From a bacterium UBP13_UBA5359 (GTDB lineage: Bacteria; UBP13; UBA5359): a stretch of DNA of 64,000 nucleotides. The notes below the pieces were generated by a model. That model was not told the DNA's origin and searched no databases. It worked only from the letters and a program-made list of their open reading frames with translations. Position numbers and translations under genes: made by a program. The stretch lies in assembly GCA_002410925.1 (NCBI GenBank), contig DHPR01000012.1, forward strand, positions 20,643 to 84,642. Reading direction: 5' to 3'. Below, in pieces: positions 20,701-29,284 of the stretch; the first letter of the stretch is position 1, and the number at the start of each line of letters is the position of its first letter.

Positions 20701-21524
20701 TTGACGGCCATTGACTGATAATAATCGTAGGCACAGCCGTTTTTAAGATGCTCCGTGATGGTATGCGGCGGGCAGATAAATGAATTTGTAGCTGCTTTTC
20801 CCATAACGGCATATTTGGGCAGCACCAATCTTCCCCGGCCCAGCCGGTAAACTTCCACAGCCGGTATGGCGGATGAAGGGGCTTTTGCCTCGCCCATAAA
20901 CGCCGGCAGGGCTACATATGGAACGGAGCTTTTGATGCTTTCCGGTAAAGCTTCACTGACGGCTGATTGCAGCAGCCGCTGCACAACCGAATCATCGGCT
21001 TTGTTTCCGGTAATGATTAGCCCGGTGCCTTTGGTTACCTGCATTTCGATCTTTTGCCAGATATCCTGGGGCAGAATATCAGCATAGATGTTGCCGAGCA
21101 GGATTACGTCATATCTGGATTTGAGCGCTGTCCTGATTCGCTGCAGGGTTTTTCCCGGGCGCTCGGCAGAGTAACTCAAATATTCGCTGCTCTCCTTGAG
21201 GCCGGATATCTTTCCCGGCCCGGCCAGCATGGCGACATTATATTGCAAGGGCATACGCTGAGCAAGCTCGGCGACCTCACGGCCGCTCCAGCGAGGTATG
21301 ATAAATAATGCTTTCACTTTTTTGCCCTTTAACGGCTTTGCCCAGGGTATATGAGGGGTGACAACCTCCTCGGTGACGCTGAACATGCCTTTATGCCGCT
21401 CCTCACCGGGGGACTCCTTGGGCCATCCCTCTATTGCCATGGCCGGCTGTTTGGCCATGCAGAGCAGCATTCCCAGAAGGAAGATCCCTGTATACGGCTT
21501 ACGGTTCTTTCGCTTACCGGTCAT
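17760..21524 (-). CDS. Large secreted GH42-like (beta-galactosidase trimerisation domain) putative glycoside hydrolase
   Basis: Signal peptide; YSLGDE; YLQRIYPSLEAVNNEWNTSFTNWSEV; WVDHR; YKILILP...FVESGG trimerisation motif; C-terminal ALNDMPGSWTITARD. Confidence 0.75.
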   Translation of the reverse strand: MTGKRKNRKPYTGIFLLGMLLCMAKQPAMAIEGWPKESPGEERHKGMFSVTEEVVTPHIPWAKPLKGKKVKALFIIPRWSGREVAELAQRMPLQYNVAMLAGPGKISGLKESSEYLSYSAERPGKTLQRIRTALKSRYDVILLGNIYADILPQDIWQKIEMQVTKGTGLIITGNKADDSVVQRLLQSAVSEALPESIKSSVPYVALPAFMGEAKAPSSAIPAVEVYRLGRGRLVLPKYAVMGKAATNSFICPPHTITEHLKNGCAYDYYQSMAVKLLLLAAGRNPSVALDAVAVTPAVIDRGKLSALQLNLIGSDKAACSRINLQIRLRSIDGAIHLERSFKPSGNKLSPFLADNALPIGRYFIDAALHDNRGNVLNWASSFFDVSDNQGVAGIVIREKQIKPGELISGRINLKQPLQNGDKLLLEVGDSFGRITARQILERVAGTSIPFSLPSGNLIALAGRIRVELLSQDKRVDSCTAQIPVRQPAAGPGWDDYSLMVWGFTDAYFRHFIYEDLQKEGMDRLMTMFASVEEHARQAGITTGEYNCRPFLYGYHIPSVQYCKPEPIRERFTRYAEALYPFNCSEYSLGDESNLAFRGKTDKPLDNKEINQHLQKYLQRIYPSLEAVNNEWNTSFTNWSEVCGITLEEAVKNNQEARWVDHRLHLDEYFTEAMIAGEERVGKIDPEARTGFEGAFQTESYRGYDWGNLFKHMKLMGSYWMAPMEIELAASFKKPDTYWGFWNGSYIDIFNRDTQRWIPWRCLLWGMNSIWYWSPYFDVRPLPEGDLAFGLYLPDLRPNPVARPFLDGVQEIKNGPGKLLITSERRFAPIAVHYSQPSIHASTLSNGGFLPTGAGCPTRIYSSWMTALWSFKEIGLQPQFIASEQIEEGGLSNYKILILPFSQALTLQESRQIHKFVESGGLVVADVLPAIRNRHGKLLDKGLLDDLFGIERLAGRKAGELSDIRLNVMYGQPVSGTLPSVQIDPAVRATTGKALQMIGDTPVFIEHKIGKGKALLLNFTGNYTPGSYRSKQTPPIRTTPRGDLYLDIAHRLAAAAGVTPELTVSSGDERLRGIDIVSWKDGSASYFGFTPNDYCDYAWVLTMPRVMKLHGKVEKSGHLYDIRCGRYLGYGNTFNMELQRGSAALLANLPYKVSKVTITGPVKVRQGKAVEFVLAVAAEGGKAGRHILHVEVSANGKSLKHYAANIEAKNGQGIYRLPVALNDMPGSWTITARDTVSGIRGRASFRIEEANSTQS

Positions 21525-21539
21525 CTATATTTATCTCCT

Positions 21540-24500
21540 TTACTTCTCACTGACGGTTAATTGCACCTGGCTATGGATTCCTGTGGCCACATCTCTGGCG
21601 GTTATTTGCCAGTTTCCAGGTTTATCGTTCAAGGCCAGCGGTATGGAAAAACTTCCCTTCCCCTGAGGACAGAGTAGATTCATACTGTAGCAGGGCAAGG
21701 GCTTTCCTGCGGGATCGTAGACGTCTATCCGCAATACATGACTGCCGGAAAGTTCGCCCTCTGTACTCACCATACTCTCTACCTGCACGATCTCGCCAAG
21801 CGCAGCCGCTCTGTTGCAGGTTAATGAGATATTGGATACCTTGTAGGGCAGAATGGCGATCAGGCATGGAGAGGTTCTGGAAAAGATCGTCTTGAACTCT
21901 TTCTCTTTTCCCAGGTATATGCCTTCGGTCATATTATACAGATGGCCGCTCATCGGCAATTTGACGGTTACCTCTCCTTCTTTATTCGGCATAATAAAGG
22001 CATAGCTGTTTTTGTCGGATAAAAAGTAACGGCCGCTGCCGCTATATAGTGGCTGGCTGCCCTCGGTCGTCTCCTGAGCAACGATGAACTCTGCCGGCAC
22101 GCCTGCCCTGGCAAGAGCCGTAGATATTATCTGCTGCAGCCCGACTCTTTCGGCCTCTTTCATCCCTCTGTAGTTGTAGAGGGAAATATTAAGACAGAGT
22201 GCGGTGCCTCGGCCGTAGCTGTTCATGATAACGGCCTGGCTGCCTTTCGGAGATATGCCGAGCGCTTTCCCGGTAGTCGGTTTAAGATTATCGACAAGGT
22301 CAAAGGCATACTGCCGACCGTCTATTTGCAGGCTCTTGTCCGGCCTGGTGTTGAAGCCGGCCTGCCTGACGCCGAAGACTTCCTCCATATCGTTGGCTGC
22401 TACTATTTTGCCATGGCCGTCGTATTGTCCGGGCAGCACATCGGCAATAAGCAGCCCTCCTTTATGGACAAAATGCTTGATGGCCTCTCTTGCTTCGCTG
22501 GAAAGGGCATACATAGTGGGTAGAACGAGGCATTTATACCTTCCTTCCTGTAATTCACCGGCTGTAATTTGCTCTGACGCCAGAACGGATGGATAGTACC
22601 AGAGCTCGTCCAGTATGGTGTTCAAGTCGCCGCGTTGCAATGATAGGGCGCGGGCTAAATGCTCGTTAGGTGGCGAATAGATTACGGCTATCGGCGAATA
22701 CTGCGCCTGGCCGGACAGCAAGAGCTTGCCGAAGCCCTTCTTGATTCTTTTTACTTCTTCGGTCAGGGCGGCAAATTGATCTGTGGGCATATAGTCAGGT
22801 CCGAAGGCAGCGTATTTGCCTTCGGGATTGATATCGCTGAAGAAGCCTGCGCCGTTGCCGCCATCCTGCAGTATCTTCCAGGCAAAACGACGGCCGTACT
22901 CTATGCCTCTGCCATAGAGGCCCCAATCCCACAGTGGCGCCTTTTTAGGCAAAAAGGCGCTCCACTGCCTGGTGCCGCCGTATCCACCGGCCATGCTCAT
23001 AGCTTTCCCCAGCTTGTAGTAATCAACTCCGGTTGCTCCTCCGTAGAAGAAGCCCTCTGCGCCTACTCGGGCATCGGGATCAACTTTTTCTATGGCTTCA
23101 CGACCGAAGCGATGGATATCGGCGAAGATGTCGGCCATGTGAACTCTGTGCTCCAGCCAGGGGGCAAGGTTTCCCATAGCTTTCTTGGCTTTGAGTGCTT
23201 GCAGCGTTGACGGTAATACTTCATCCCATGAGGTGAAGGTGCTGTCCCATTCGTGATTCAATTTATCAAGGGTGGTATATACTCTCTTCAGTTCTGCCTG
23301 CAAAGAGTGCAAACAGGTCTTTGAAAAGCAGATATCCGGCCCCACCTGGTCTCCGCTTTCATGGGCCAGACCGTTCTCATCGCCCAGGCTGTAGAACATG
23401 GGGGCATAGGGCATAAGGCTGCGGGTGGTTGTTTGCAGCTCCTTGGCCATTCTCTCCCGAAAAGAGGGATCGGTAAAGCAGGATGAGCGTTCAAGCTTTT
23501 GGGATATGGGTTTGGGATAAAGGCTGTATATGTAGGGCACTGTATACAGATTTAATCGGGACAGCTCTTTAGCATCTTCACCTGCATCTCCCATACGGGT
23601 CAATACGGCATCGACACTGTACTCTGTTTGGGCCAGCTTTAATATGTTACGCTCCAGATAACTGCGGCAGGAGGAGGCCTTCCCCCAGAGAAGATAGAAA
23701 AAATCCGAAGGGTCTTTGGGCAACCGCACCGGGAAACTTTGGGCGCTGGCCATGATCTTATTCTTCTGCCGGTAGAGCTCGGCTTTGATGGTATGCAGCG
23801 CTGCAAGCGGCTGGAAATCCGGTATGCTAAACTGCACTTCTCGACGGGCGGGGAGTTCCTGGCAAAAGATCAACCGTCCCAGACTATCTTCCAGGCTTAT
23901 CTTGATGATACTGCCGGGCTGCTCTTTATCCAGCAAAATATTACCGGTGATTCTCTCTCCGGGCAGATAAGCGTTCTTATACATGCTTACCGTCATGGCG
24001 GCAGGGACCGGCTTCTCCCAGAAGATGGACCTCCAGTCGATAATGCTTTCTTTCTTCTTTAACTGAATATCCAGATAATGCACTCCTGCCGGCAGATGAG
24101 GCAAGGGGATATCTAAACGAGTTCCGGAAGAGATCTCTTCGCTTATCTCGGCTTCGCTCTCGCCCTCGTTATCCCGCAGGTTTAAAATCAGGTTCATCGG
24201 TTCTTCTATAGGCCTGTCGAATTCTATCCGGCATACGTTATCAATAACTTTGACGGCAGTGATGCCTGTCGTAGCTGTACGACCTACAAGATGAAGCAGC
24301 ACTTTCGCTAAGAGGGACATAGAATAGTCGTATTCTATAAAGGTGCTCGTTCCTTCGGGTGTCAGGGAGTAAAAACCGCCGCTGCGATAGCGGAGGAAGA
24401 AGAGCTTCCCTTTACCTGCTGAACTCTCGCTCATATATTTGCCGGCAAAGCTTTCTGCGGAATTGAAACCGGTAAGGGTACTAAGTCTGCTAAAGGGTAT

Positions 24501-25031
24501 GGTATTGGCAATATCTGCTAGTGACGTGTCGATCTTACCTCGCTCGAAGGTTTCGAAGAGCTTTCTGTCAAGCCCCTGTGGGTCTACATAAAGCAATCGG
24601 CTCCCTGCCTCGATGCGGCACAGAAGTAGCTCGCGTATATCCTCCGGAATAAATGTCCATGGCAGGGCGCCGATGATAATTACATCATAGGGCTTTTTCA
24701 ATTTCTCTCTCAGATATTCCCATGCCTGGGGCTGCAGGGCGGTTTGTACGGCATTATCTCCGCCTTTCCGGTCTGCATACGGCACTGCTGCTGCAGTACA
24801 GATGATGTCAAGCCGCTCTGACAGCTCGAGAATGTCTCGTTGCCCGAAGGCGGAGGTGATTACCAGGGCATCGATTTTTCCCTGGCTGAGAGGTTTGGCC
24901 CATGGTGTGGCGGGAGTAATTACTGTGTGCTGAAGTTGACTGTAACTATACGTTCTCTCGGCAGCAAAGACACAAATAGCCGGCAAAGAAATAAACCAGG
25001 TGCAAAGCAATATAGTTATGCTGCGCTTCAT
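21540..25031 (-). CDS. Large secreted GH42-like putative glycoside hydrolase (paralog)
   Basis: Signal peptide after RBS GAGGAGG; TPWAKPL, YSLGDE, ICFSKTC, YTTLDKLNHEWDSTFTSW, YKCLVLP...FVHKGG, ALNDKPGNWQITARD. Confidence 0.75.
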   Translation of the reverse strand: MKRSITILLCTWFISLPAICVFAAERTYSYSQLQHTVITPATPWAKPLSQGKIDALVITSAFGQRDILELSERLDIICTAAAVPYADRKGGDNAVQTALQPQAWEYLREKLKKPYDVIIIGALPWTFIPEDIRELLLCRIEAGSRLLYVDPQGLDRKLFETFERGKIDTSLADIANTIPFSRLSTLTGFNSAESFAGKYMSESSAGKGKLFFLRYRSGGFYSLTPEGTSTFIEYDYSMSLLAKVLLHLVGRTATTGITAVKVIDNVCRIEFDRPIEEPMNLILNLRDNEGESEAEISEEISSGTRLDIPLPHLPAGVHYLDIQLKKKESIIDWRSIFWEKPVPAAMTVSMYKNAYLPGERITGNILLDKEQPGSIIKISLEDSLGRLIFCQELPARREVQFSIPDFQPLAALHTIKAELYRQKNKIMASAQSFPVRLPKDPSDFFYLLWGKASSCRSYLERNILKLAQTEYSVDAVLTRMGDAGEDAKELSRLNLYTVPYIYSLYPKPISQKLERSSCFTDPSFRERMAKELQTTTRSLMPYAPMFYSLGDENGLAHESGDQVGPDICFSKTCLHSLQAELKRVYTTLDKLNHEWDSTFTSWDEVLPSTLQALKAKKAMGNLAPWLEHRVHMADIFADIHRFGREAIEKVDPDARVGAEGFFYGGATGVDYYKLGKAMSMAGGYGGTRQWSAFLPKKAPLWDWGLYGRGIEYGRRFAWKILQDGGNGAGFFSDINPEGKYAAFGPDYMPTDQFAALTEEVKRIKKGFGKLLLSGQAQYSPIAVIYSPPNEHLARALSLQRGDLNTILDELWYYPSVLASEQITAGELQEGRYKCLVLPTMYALSSEAREAIKHFVHKGGLLIADVLPGQYDGHGKIVAANDMEEVFGVRQAGFNTRPDKSLQIDGRQYAFDLVDNLKPTTGKALGISPKGSQAVIMNSYGRGTALCLNISLYNYRGMKEAERVGLQQIISTALARAGVPAEFIVAQETTEGSQPLYSGSGRYFLSDKNSYAFIMPNKEGEVTVKLPMSGHLYNMTEGIYLGKEKEFKTIFSRTSPCLIAILPYKVSNISLTCNRAAALGEIVQVESMVSTEGELSGSHVLRIDVYDPAGKPLPCYSMNLLCPQGKGSFSIPLALNDKPGNWQITARDVATGIHSQVQLTVSEK

Positions 25032-25072
25032 ACGCCATTCCTCCTCAGGTCTTACCTTTTTTGCTGCCGGCA

Positions 25073-25846
25073 TTAGTCAGCAGGCTTGGTGGCATCGTAA
25101 TAACTCTTTACTTCCTCTGCGGCCAGCGGCCTGCCGAAAACAAAGAATTCATCGTATGCAGCGTCGATAACATCAACGCCGTAATATCTTCCCAGACCTA
25201 AATTACGCCCCTCGATCTCTTTGCCCTTCCATTGCACGGGTGCGGAAAGGACTTGCCGGCCGTCTACATATATAATATATTTGTCGAATTGCGTATCCCA
25301 GGTAGCGGCCAAATGCAGCCACTGATTCTTCTTCCATGCTCTGGATTGAATCTGTGTTCCGTAATTCTGATAAGCCATATAAAGAGCGTAAGGAGCAGCT
25401 TTCCTGCTAAAGGTGCGGTAAAAGGCAAAATATTTTCCGTCGCTTAGCCCTAACCACATGAGACAACGGCGAAAGCTCTTCTCCTCCAGTTCATCGCCCC
25501 ACCAGTGCGGCTTGAACCAGAACATCATGGTGCCTGCCTTCATATCTATGTTATCGCTGAAATTGTAGCTGATTGCACCCTTGCCCGATTCCGGCAGAGA
25601 GATAGCGTTGCCTACAACGCCGGGAACAAATTCGCCCTCTCCGTTTAACCTCCCTGTCTTATGGTGAGCTGCCTGCTCGGCATCAACAGAGAAATCAAAT
25701 GGGGCAAAGAAGAGCAGTGATTTATCTGCAAGCAGCTTCTCACGAACGGGGTTCTTCTCTTCAGCGGCATAGCCGCTGCCCGCAAGCATACCGCAGAGCA
25801 CCAATCCAATCAGTATAATCATTAATTTGTTTCGTCGGATAAACAT
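25073..25846 (-). CDS. Secreted LamG/concanavalin-A-like lectin domain protein
   Basis: Signal peptide; FFAPFD, GTMMFWFKP, WLHLAATWD, YVDG, YDEFFVFGRPLAAEEV. Confidence 0.85.
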   Translation of the reverse strand: MFIRRNKLMIILIGLVLCGMLAGSGYAAEEKNPVREKLLADKSLLFFAPFDFSVDAEQAAHHKTGRLNGEGEFVPGVVGNAISLPESGKGAISYNFSDNIDMKAGTMMFWFKPHWWGDELEEKSFRRCLMWLGLSDGKYFAFYRTFSRKAAPYALYMAYQNYGTQIQSRAWKKNQWLHLAATWDTQFDKYIIYVDGRQVLSAPVQWKGKEIEGRNLGLGRYYGVDVIDAAYDEFFVFGRPLAAEEVKSYYDATKPAD

Positions 25847-25917
25847 CTTTCCCTCCTAAAAATATTTTCTTATTTAACATGCCGCCGACACCAGCCGCTA
25901 TTACTCTGTCACTCTAT

Positions 25918-27066
25918 TTATAGTTGGCTTGCGGCAAGCCCGGCACCGCAGGATTCTCCTATCACCAGCTGAGAAGGAAAAGCTACCTTTTCCGCAGCTT
26001 TGATACCATTCTCTATATTATCCGTCAGAATATTTATCGCCTTTCTGCCGATATCATACATTGGCTGAATTACAGTAGTTATTTTAATAGAAGGGCTGTG
26101 CCCGGGAATCTGATACTTATCAAAACCGGTTACGGACAGCTCTTCTGGAACTTTCAATCCCATCCTTAATGCAGCCTCGATCACACCTATTGCCAGATGA
26201 TATTCTGTGGCAGCTACGGCTGCAGGCTTATCACTGACTTTTAAAATCCTTTCCACCGCATGCTCATATGCAGCATTTGAATATATATCACGCGGTAAAA
26301 AAATTATTGCTTCCGCCTTGTTCCGAAGAGATCCTTCAATATTAAAATCTTTAATTGCTTGCTCATAACCTCTTTTTCTATCGACTGCTGAAGTTAGATA
26401 TTTCCAGTCGTCGCAAGCTAAAAGAGTTATGAACTTATGCCCCAATTTAGCCAGATGTCCCACCGCTGTGTACATTCCTGTAAAATTATCGGTAACCACA
26501 TAATTGCAATTAAGCCGCTTTATATAGTGATCAATCAGAATAAAGGGAATCCGTCTCTCCTGAAACTTAAGCAAAGCCGCCATGGTTAAGTCCGATGCAT
26601 TCGCCATGGTGGAGGGCATCATTATAAGCCCATCGACGATATCGACCAATTGCTCCAGTTGCTGAGCTTCTTCCTCTACGTTATTATGAGACATCCTAAA
26701 GATCATCTCATAATCATTTTCTCTAATAGCGTCCTGCATTCCCATACATAACTCGTTAAAAACATAGCCGCCAAAGACCACCGCGGGCATCCCCAAGCAG
26801 CCGAGTATCCGTTTGCCTTTCAATGTGTTAGCCTGCCTGTAATTCGCAACAAAAGTGCCTTTGCCTTTTTCTCGAAAGATATATCCCTCGTGCACTAACT
26901 CGGTTAGGGCCTTGTATAATGTGGTATTACTCACTTCGTATTGCCGCATCAACTCTACTTCAGAAGGGAACTTGCTACCTATTTGGTAACCCTCGTTGAT
27001 AATCCTATCAATAAGTATCTCTTTTAGCTGAGAAGATTTCGATTTTTGAGCCTTGATTTTTTCCAT
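25918..27066 (-). CDS. GntR-HTH/LacI-sensor (AraR-type) transcriptional regulator
   Basis: FPSEVELMRQYEVSNTTLYKAL...GKGTFV, plus a periplasmic-binding fold (DNFTG, HLAKLGH, VPEELSVTGFD). Confidence 0.92.
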   Translation of the reverse strand: MEKIKAQKSKSSQLKEILIDRIINEGYQIGSKFPSEVELMRQYEVSNTTLYKALTELVHEGYIFREKGKGTFVANYRQANTLKGKRILGCLGMPAVVFGGYVFNELCMGMQDAIRENDYEMIFRMSHNNVEEEAQQLEQLVDIVDGLIMMPSTMANASDLTMAALLKFQERRIPFILIDHYIKRLNCNYVVTDNFTGMYTAVGHLAKLGHKFITLLACDDWKYLTSAVDRKRGYEQAIKDFNIEGSLRNKAEAIIFLPRDIYSNAAYEHAVERILKVSDKPAAVAATEYHLAIGVIEAALRMGLKVPEELSVTGFDKYQIPGHSPSIKITTVIQPMYDIGRKAINILTDNIENGIKAAEKVAFPSQLVIGESCGAGLAASQL

Positions 27067-27108
27067 TTCTGAGCTTCCTTTGCCTTTAACCCTTTCCAAA
27101 TAATATGC

Positions 27109-27125
27109 ACCAGCTACTAGCTGGT
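27109..27125. promoter_or_regulatory. Perfect palindrome, putative operator of the GntR-LacI regulator
   Basis: ACCAGCTA-C-TAGCTGGT between the promoter and the start codon. Confidence 0.6.
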
Positions 27126-27144
27126 AGTGACATGATTATATTAT

Positions 27145-27173
27145 TTATTCGACGTCGGTTTGAAAATTCCTTC
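27145..27173 (-). promoter_or_regulatory. sigmaH-like promoter
   Basis: GAAGGAATT-N11-GTCGAATAA, a full match to the sigmaH consensus. Confidence 0.6.
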
Positions 27174-27341
27174 ATTTCATATCGTAATTTATAAAAATCT
27201 GTAAACCAGTGAACTAATTCGGCAAAGAACCAAGAAAAACAGTGCTTCTGCCTAACTAGAACTTTGAGAACAAGGCAGAATAAACAGGAAGAGATATTTA
27301 AAGAGTTAACTCTTTACACCTTATGCAAAGCCGAAATTCAT

Positions 27342-28490
27342 TCAGCCTGTCTTAACCCATTTACTACCGGCTTGCGAACTTTCGACCACGGCTTCGATGA
27401 AGGCCATTCCTCTGACCCCTTCATCCACGCCGGGGAAGTCTCCTGCAGCCGCTTGATCCCCTTCCAGCTTTCTATCAAGAGTTTCTGCAAAGCTCCGGTA
27501 GATATTGGCAAAAGCTTCTATAAAGCCTTCCGGATGGCCGGATGGAAGCCTGGTAGCGGCAAGGGAGGCTTTGCCGGTAAAATCGGTAGCGGTTCGAAGC
27601 ACCTGAAACGGTTTATCCAGCCAGCGAACAATAAGTGTATTAGGTTCCATTTGGTGCCATTCTATGGTACCCTTCTCGCCATATATACGGATATTCAAAC
27701 CATTTTCCTCACCCACGGCTATACCGCTGGCCCATAATATGCCCTTGGCGCCTTTATTGAAACGAATCAGAACGCTGCCGTCGTCGTCCAAAGCACGACC
27801 GGGCACAAAGCTGGTAAGATCAGCGCATACTTCCTCTATTTTTAATTCGGTGATATACTCCGCCAGATTGGCACAGTGGCTGCCGATATCGCCCATGGTG
27901 AAGCTGGCTCCGGCCCGCGCAGGATCGGTTCTCCAATCGGCCTGCTTCTGGCCGCCGGCTTCCAAAGGCAGTGCCATCCACCCTTGGGGATACTCCACCA
28001 CCACCCGGCGCACAATGCCTATCCGCCCGCTCTTTACCAGATCGCGAGCCTCCTTGACCATAGGGTAGCCGGTATAGTTGTGCGTAAGACAAAAGAGCAG
28101 TCTGGTCTCCCTTACCCTTTGCTGCAGTCTCTTCGCCTCTTCCAATGTCATGGTCATAGGCTTGTCGCATACTACATGAAAACCTGCATCCAGCGCTGCT
28201 GCAGCTACAGGATAATGCATGAAGTTAGGAGTGACTATGCTGACAAAGTCCATCCTCTCCCCTATCGGCAAAGAGGCTTCATGCCGGAACATCTCTTCAT
28301 AGCTTCCGTACACCCTCTCTTTTGGTAGAAAAAGTTCCCTGCCGGTCTCCGAGGATTTTTCCGTATTTGAACTGAAGACACCGCAGACCAGATCAATCTT
28401 ATCATCCAACCGGGCAGCCATACGATGTACAGCTCCTATAAAGGCGCCACGGCCTCCGCCTACCATTCCCATGCGTACTCTGCGCTTCAT
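27342..28490 (-). CDS. Gfo/Idh/MocA NAD(P)-dependent oxidoreductase
   Basis: GMVGGGRGAFIG, VTPNFMH, CDKP, WRTDP, DIGSH, GHPEGFIEAF. Confidence 0.93.
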   Translation of the reverse strand: MKRRVRMGMVGGGRGAFIGAVHRMAARLDDKIDLVCGVFSSNTEKSSETGRELFLPKERVYGSYEEMFRHEASLPIGERMDFVSIVTPNFMHYPVAAAALDAGFHVVCDKPMTMTLEEAKRLQQRVRETRLLFCLTHNYTGYPMVKEARDLVKSGRIGIVRRVVVEYPQGWMALPLEAGGQKQADWRTDPARAGASFTMGDIGSHCANLAEYITELKIEEVCADLTSFVPGRALDDDGSVLIRFNKGAKGILWASGIAVGEENGLNIRIYGEKGTIEWHQMEPNTLIVRWLDKPFQVLRTATDFTGKASLAATRLPSGHPEGFIEAFANIYRSFAETLDRKLEGDQAAAGDFPGVDEGVRGMAFIEAVVESSQAGSKWVKTG

Positions 28491-28512
28491 AAAATCCTCC
28501 TCCGTACGGAGA

Positions 28513-29217
28513 TTATTTCATCAGCAAGCCGGTAATATAGAAGCTGAGCTCTTCATAGTCCCTGGCCTGACGAAGCTCTTCCATATATCTTTCGTCACAA
28601 TTTCTGACTTTCCCTACCAGCATCTCGAAAATCTTTTTACTGTGTGCCAAATGCTTCATGGAAGCTTCCCGAGGCTGTGTACGCATAGCCTTGATATCCA
28701 GACCTACATATTCGCCGTCATTGCCATAGCCGTATTTCTCCAGGATATATACCTGGCTGAAGGCCCGGGCCAGGTTAACACTGCCAAACGTTTTATCTTC
28801 ATCAAATTTAAGGTTATTCTGGTCGTTAAGATGCATGCCCCATAGCTTGCCGGCTATATCCACCGCCCGCTTTGAACGGTCATAGGCGTACTTGCGGCCT
28901 TCGGGGCTGTTGGAGGTCCAGCCTCCATCTGCTGTCAGCGGATGCTCCCAAAGTCTGGGGGCCACAAACTCAGCTTCCAACCCCATACCGTTCAGCATAG
29001 CCTTCAACTCTTTGAGATGCTTGTTCTGCTCCATCAACGGCAGAGTGATATCTACAGCAGCAGCAGCATGAAACTGGATGCCGCTGAAGCCCTCTCTGGC
29101 GGCAAACTCCAGCTTTTCCCTAAAGGAGAACGAATCACGGGTCACCGGGCCAAAGGGATCGGCTCCTTCGTGGATGTTCCACGGACCGAATGAAAATCTA
29201 TAATTACCGATCGGCAT
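28513..29217 (-). pseudogene. Xylose isomerase-like gene with in-frame internal deletion
   Basis: FSFGPWNIHEGADPFGP, VAPRLW, DGGWTSN and HLNDQ...FDED are XylA-like. The protein is only 234 aa, the EPKP-containing core is absent (junction AVDIA|GKLW), and the usual FHDDD reads FHAAA. Confidence 0.75.
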
Positions 29218-29284
29218 CTCCCTGTCTCCTAGTCTTTTCATGTCATGAGTCTGTTCCGACCCTGCATCCCTGTCCTGCCGAGTC

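Noticed and set aside
27342..28490. Gfo/Idh/MocA protein as the missing GnnA
   Set aside because: It is 22 kb away in a catabolic cluster and has the GMVGGG subfamily signature; nothing ties it to lipid A.
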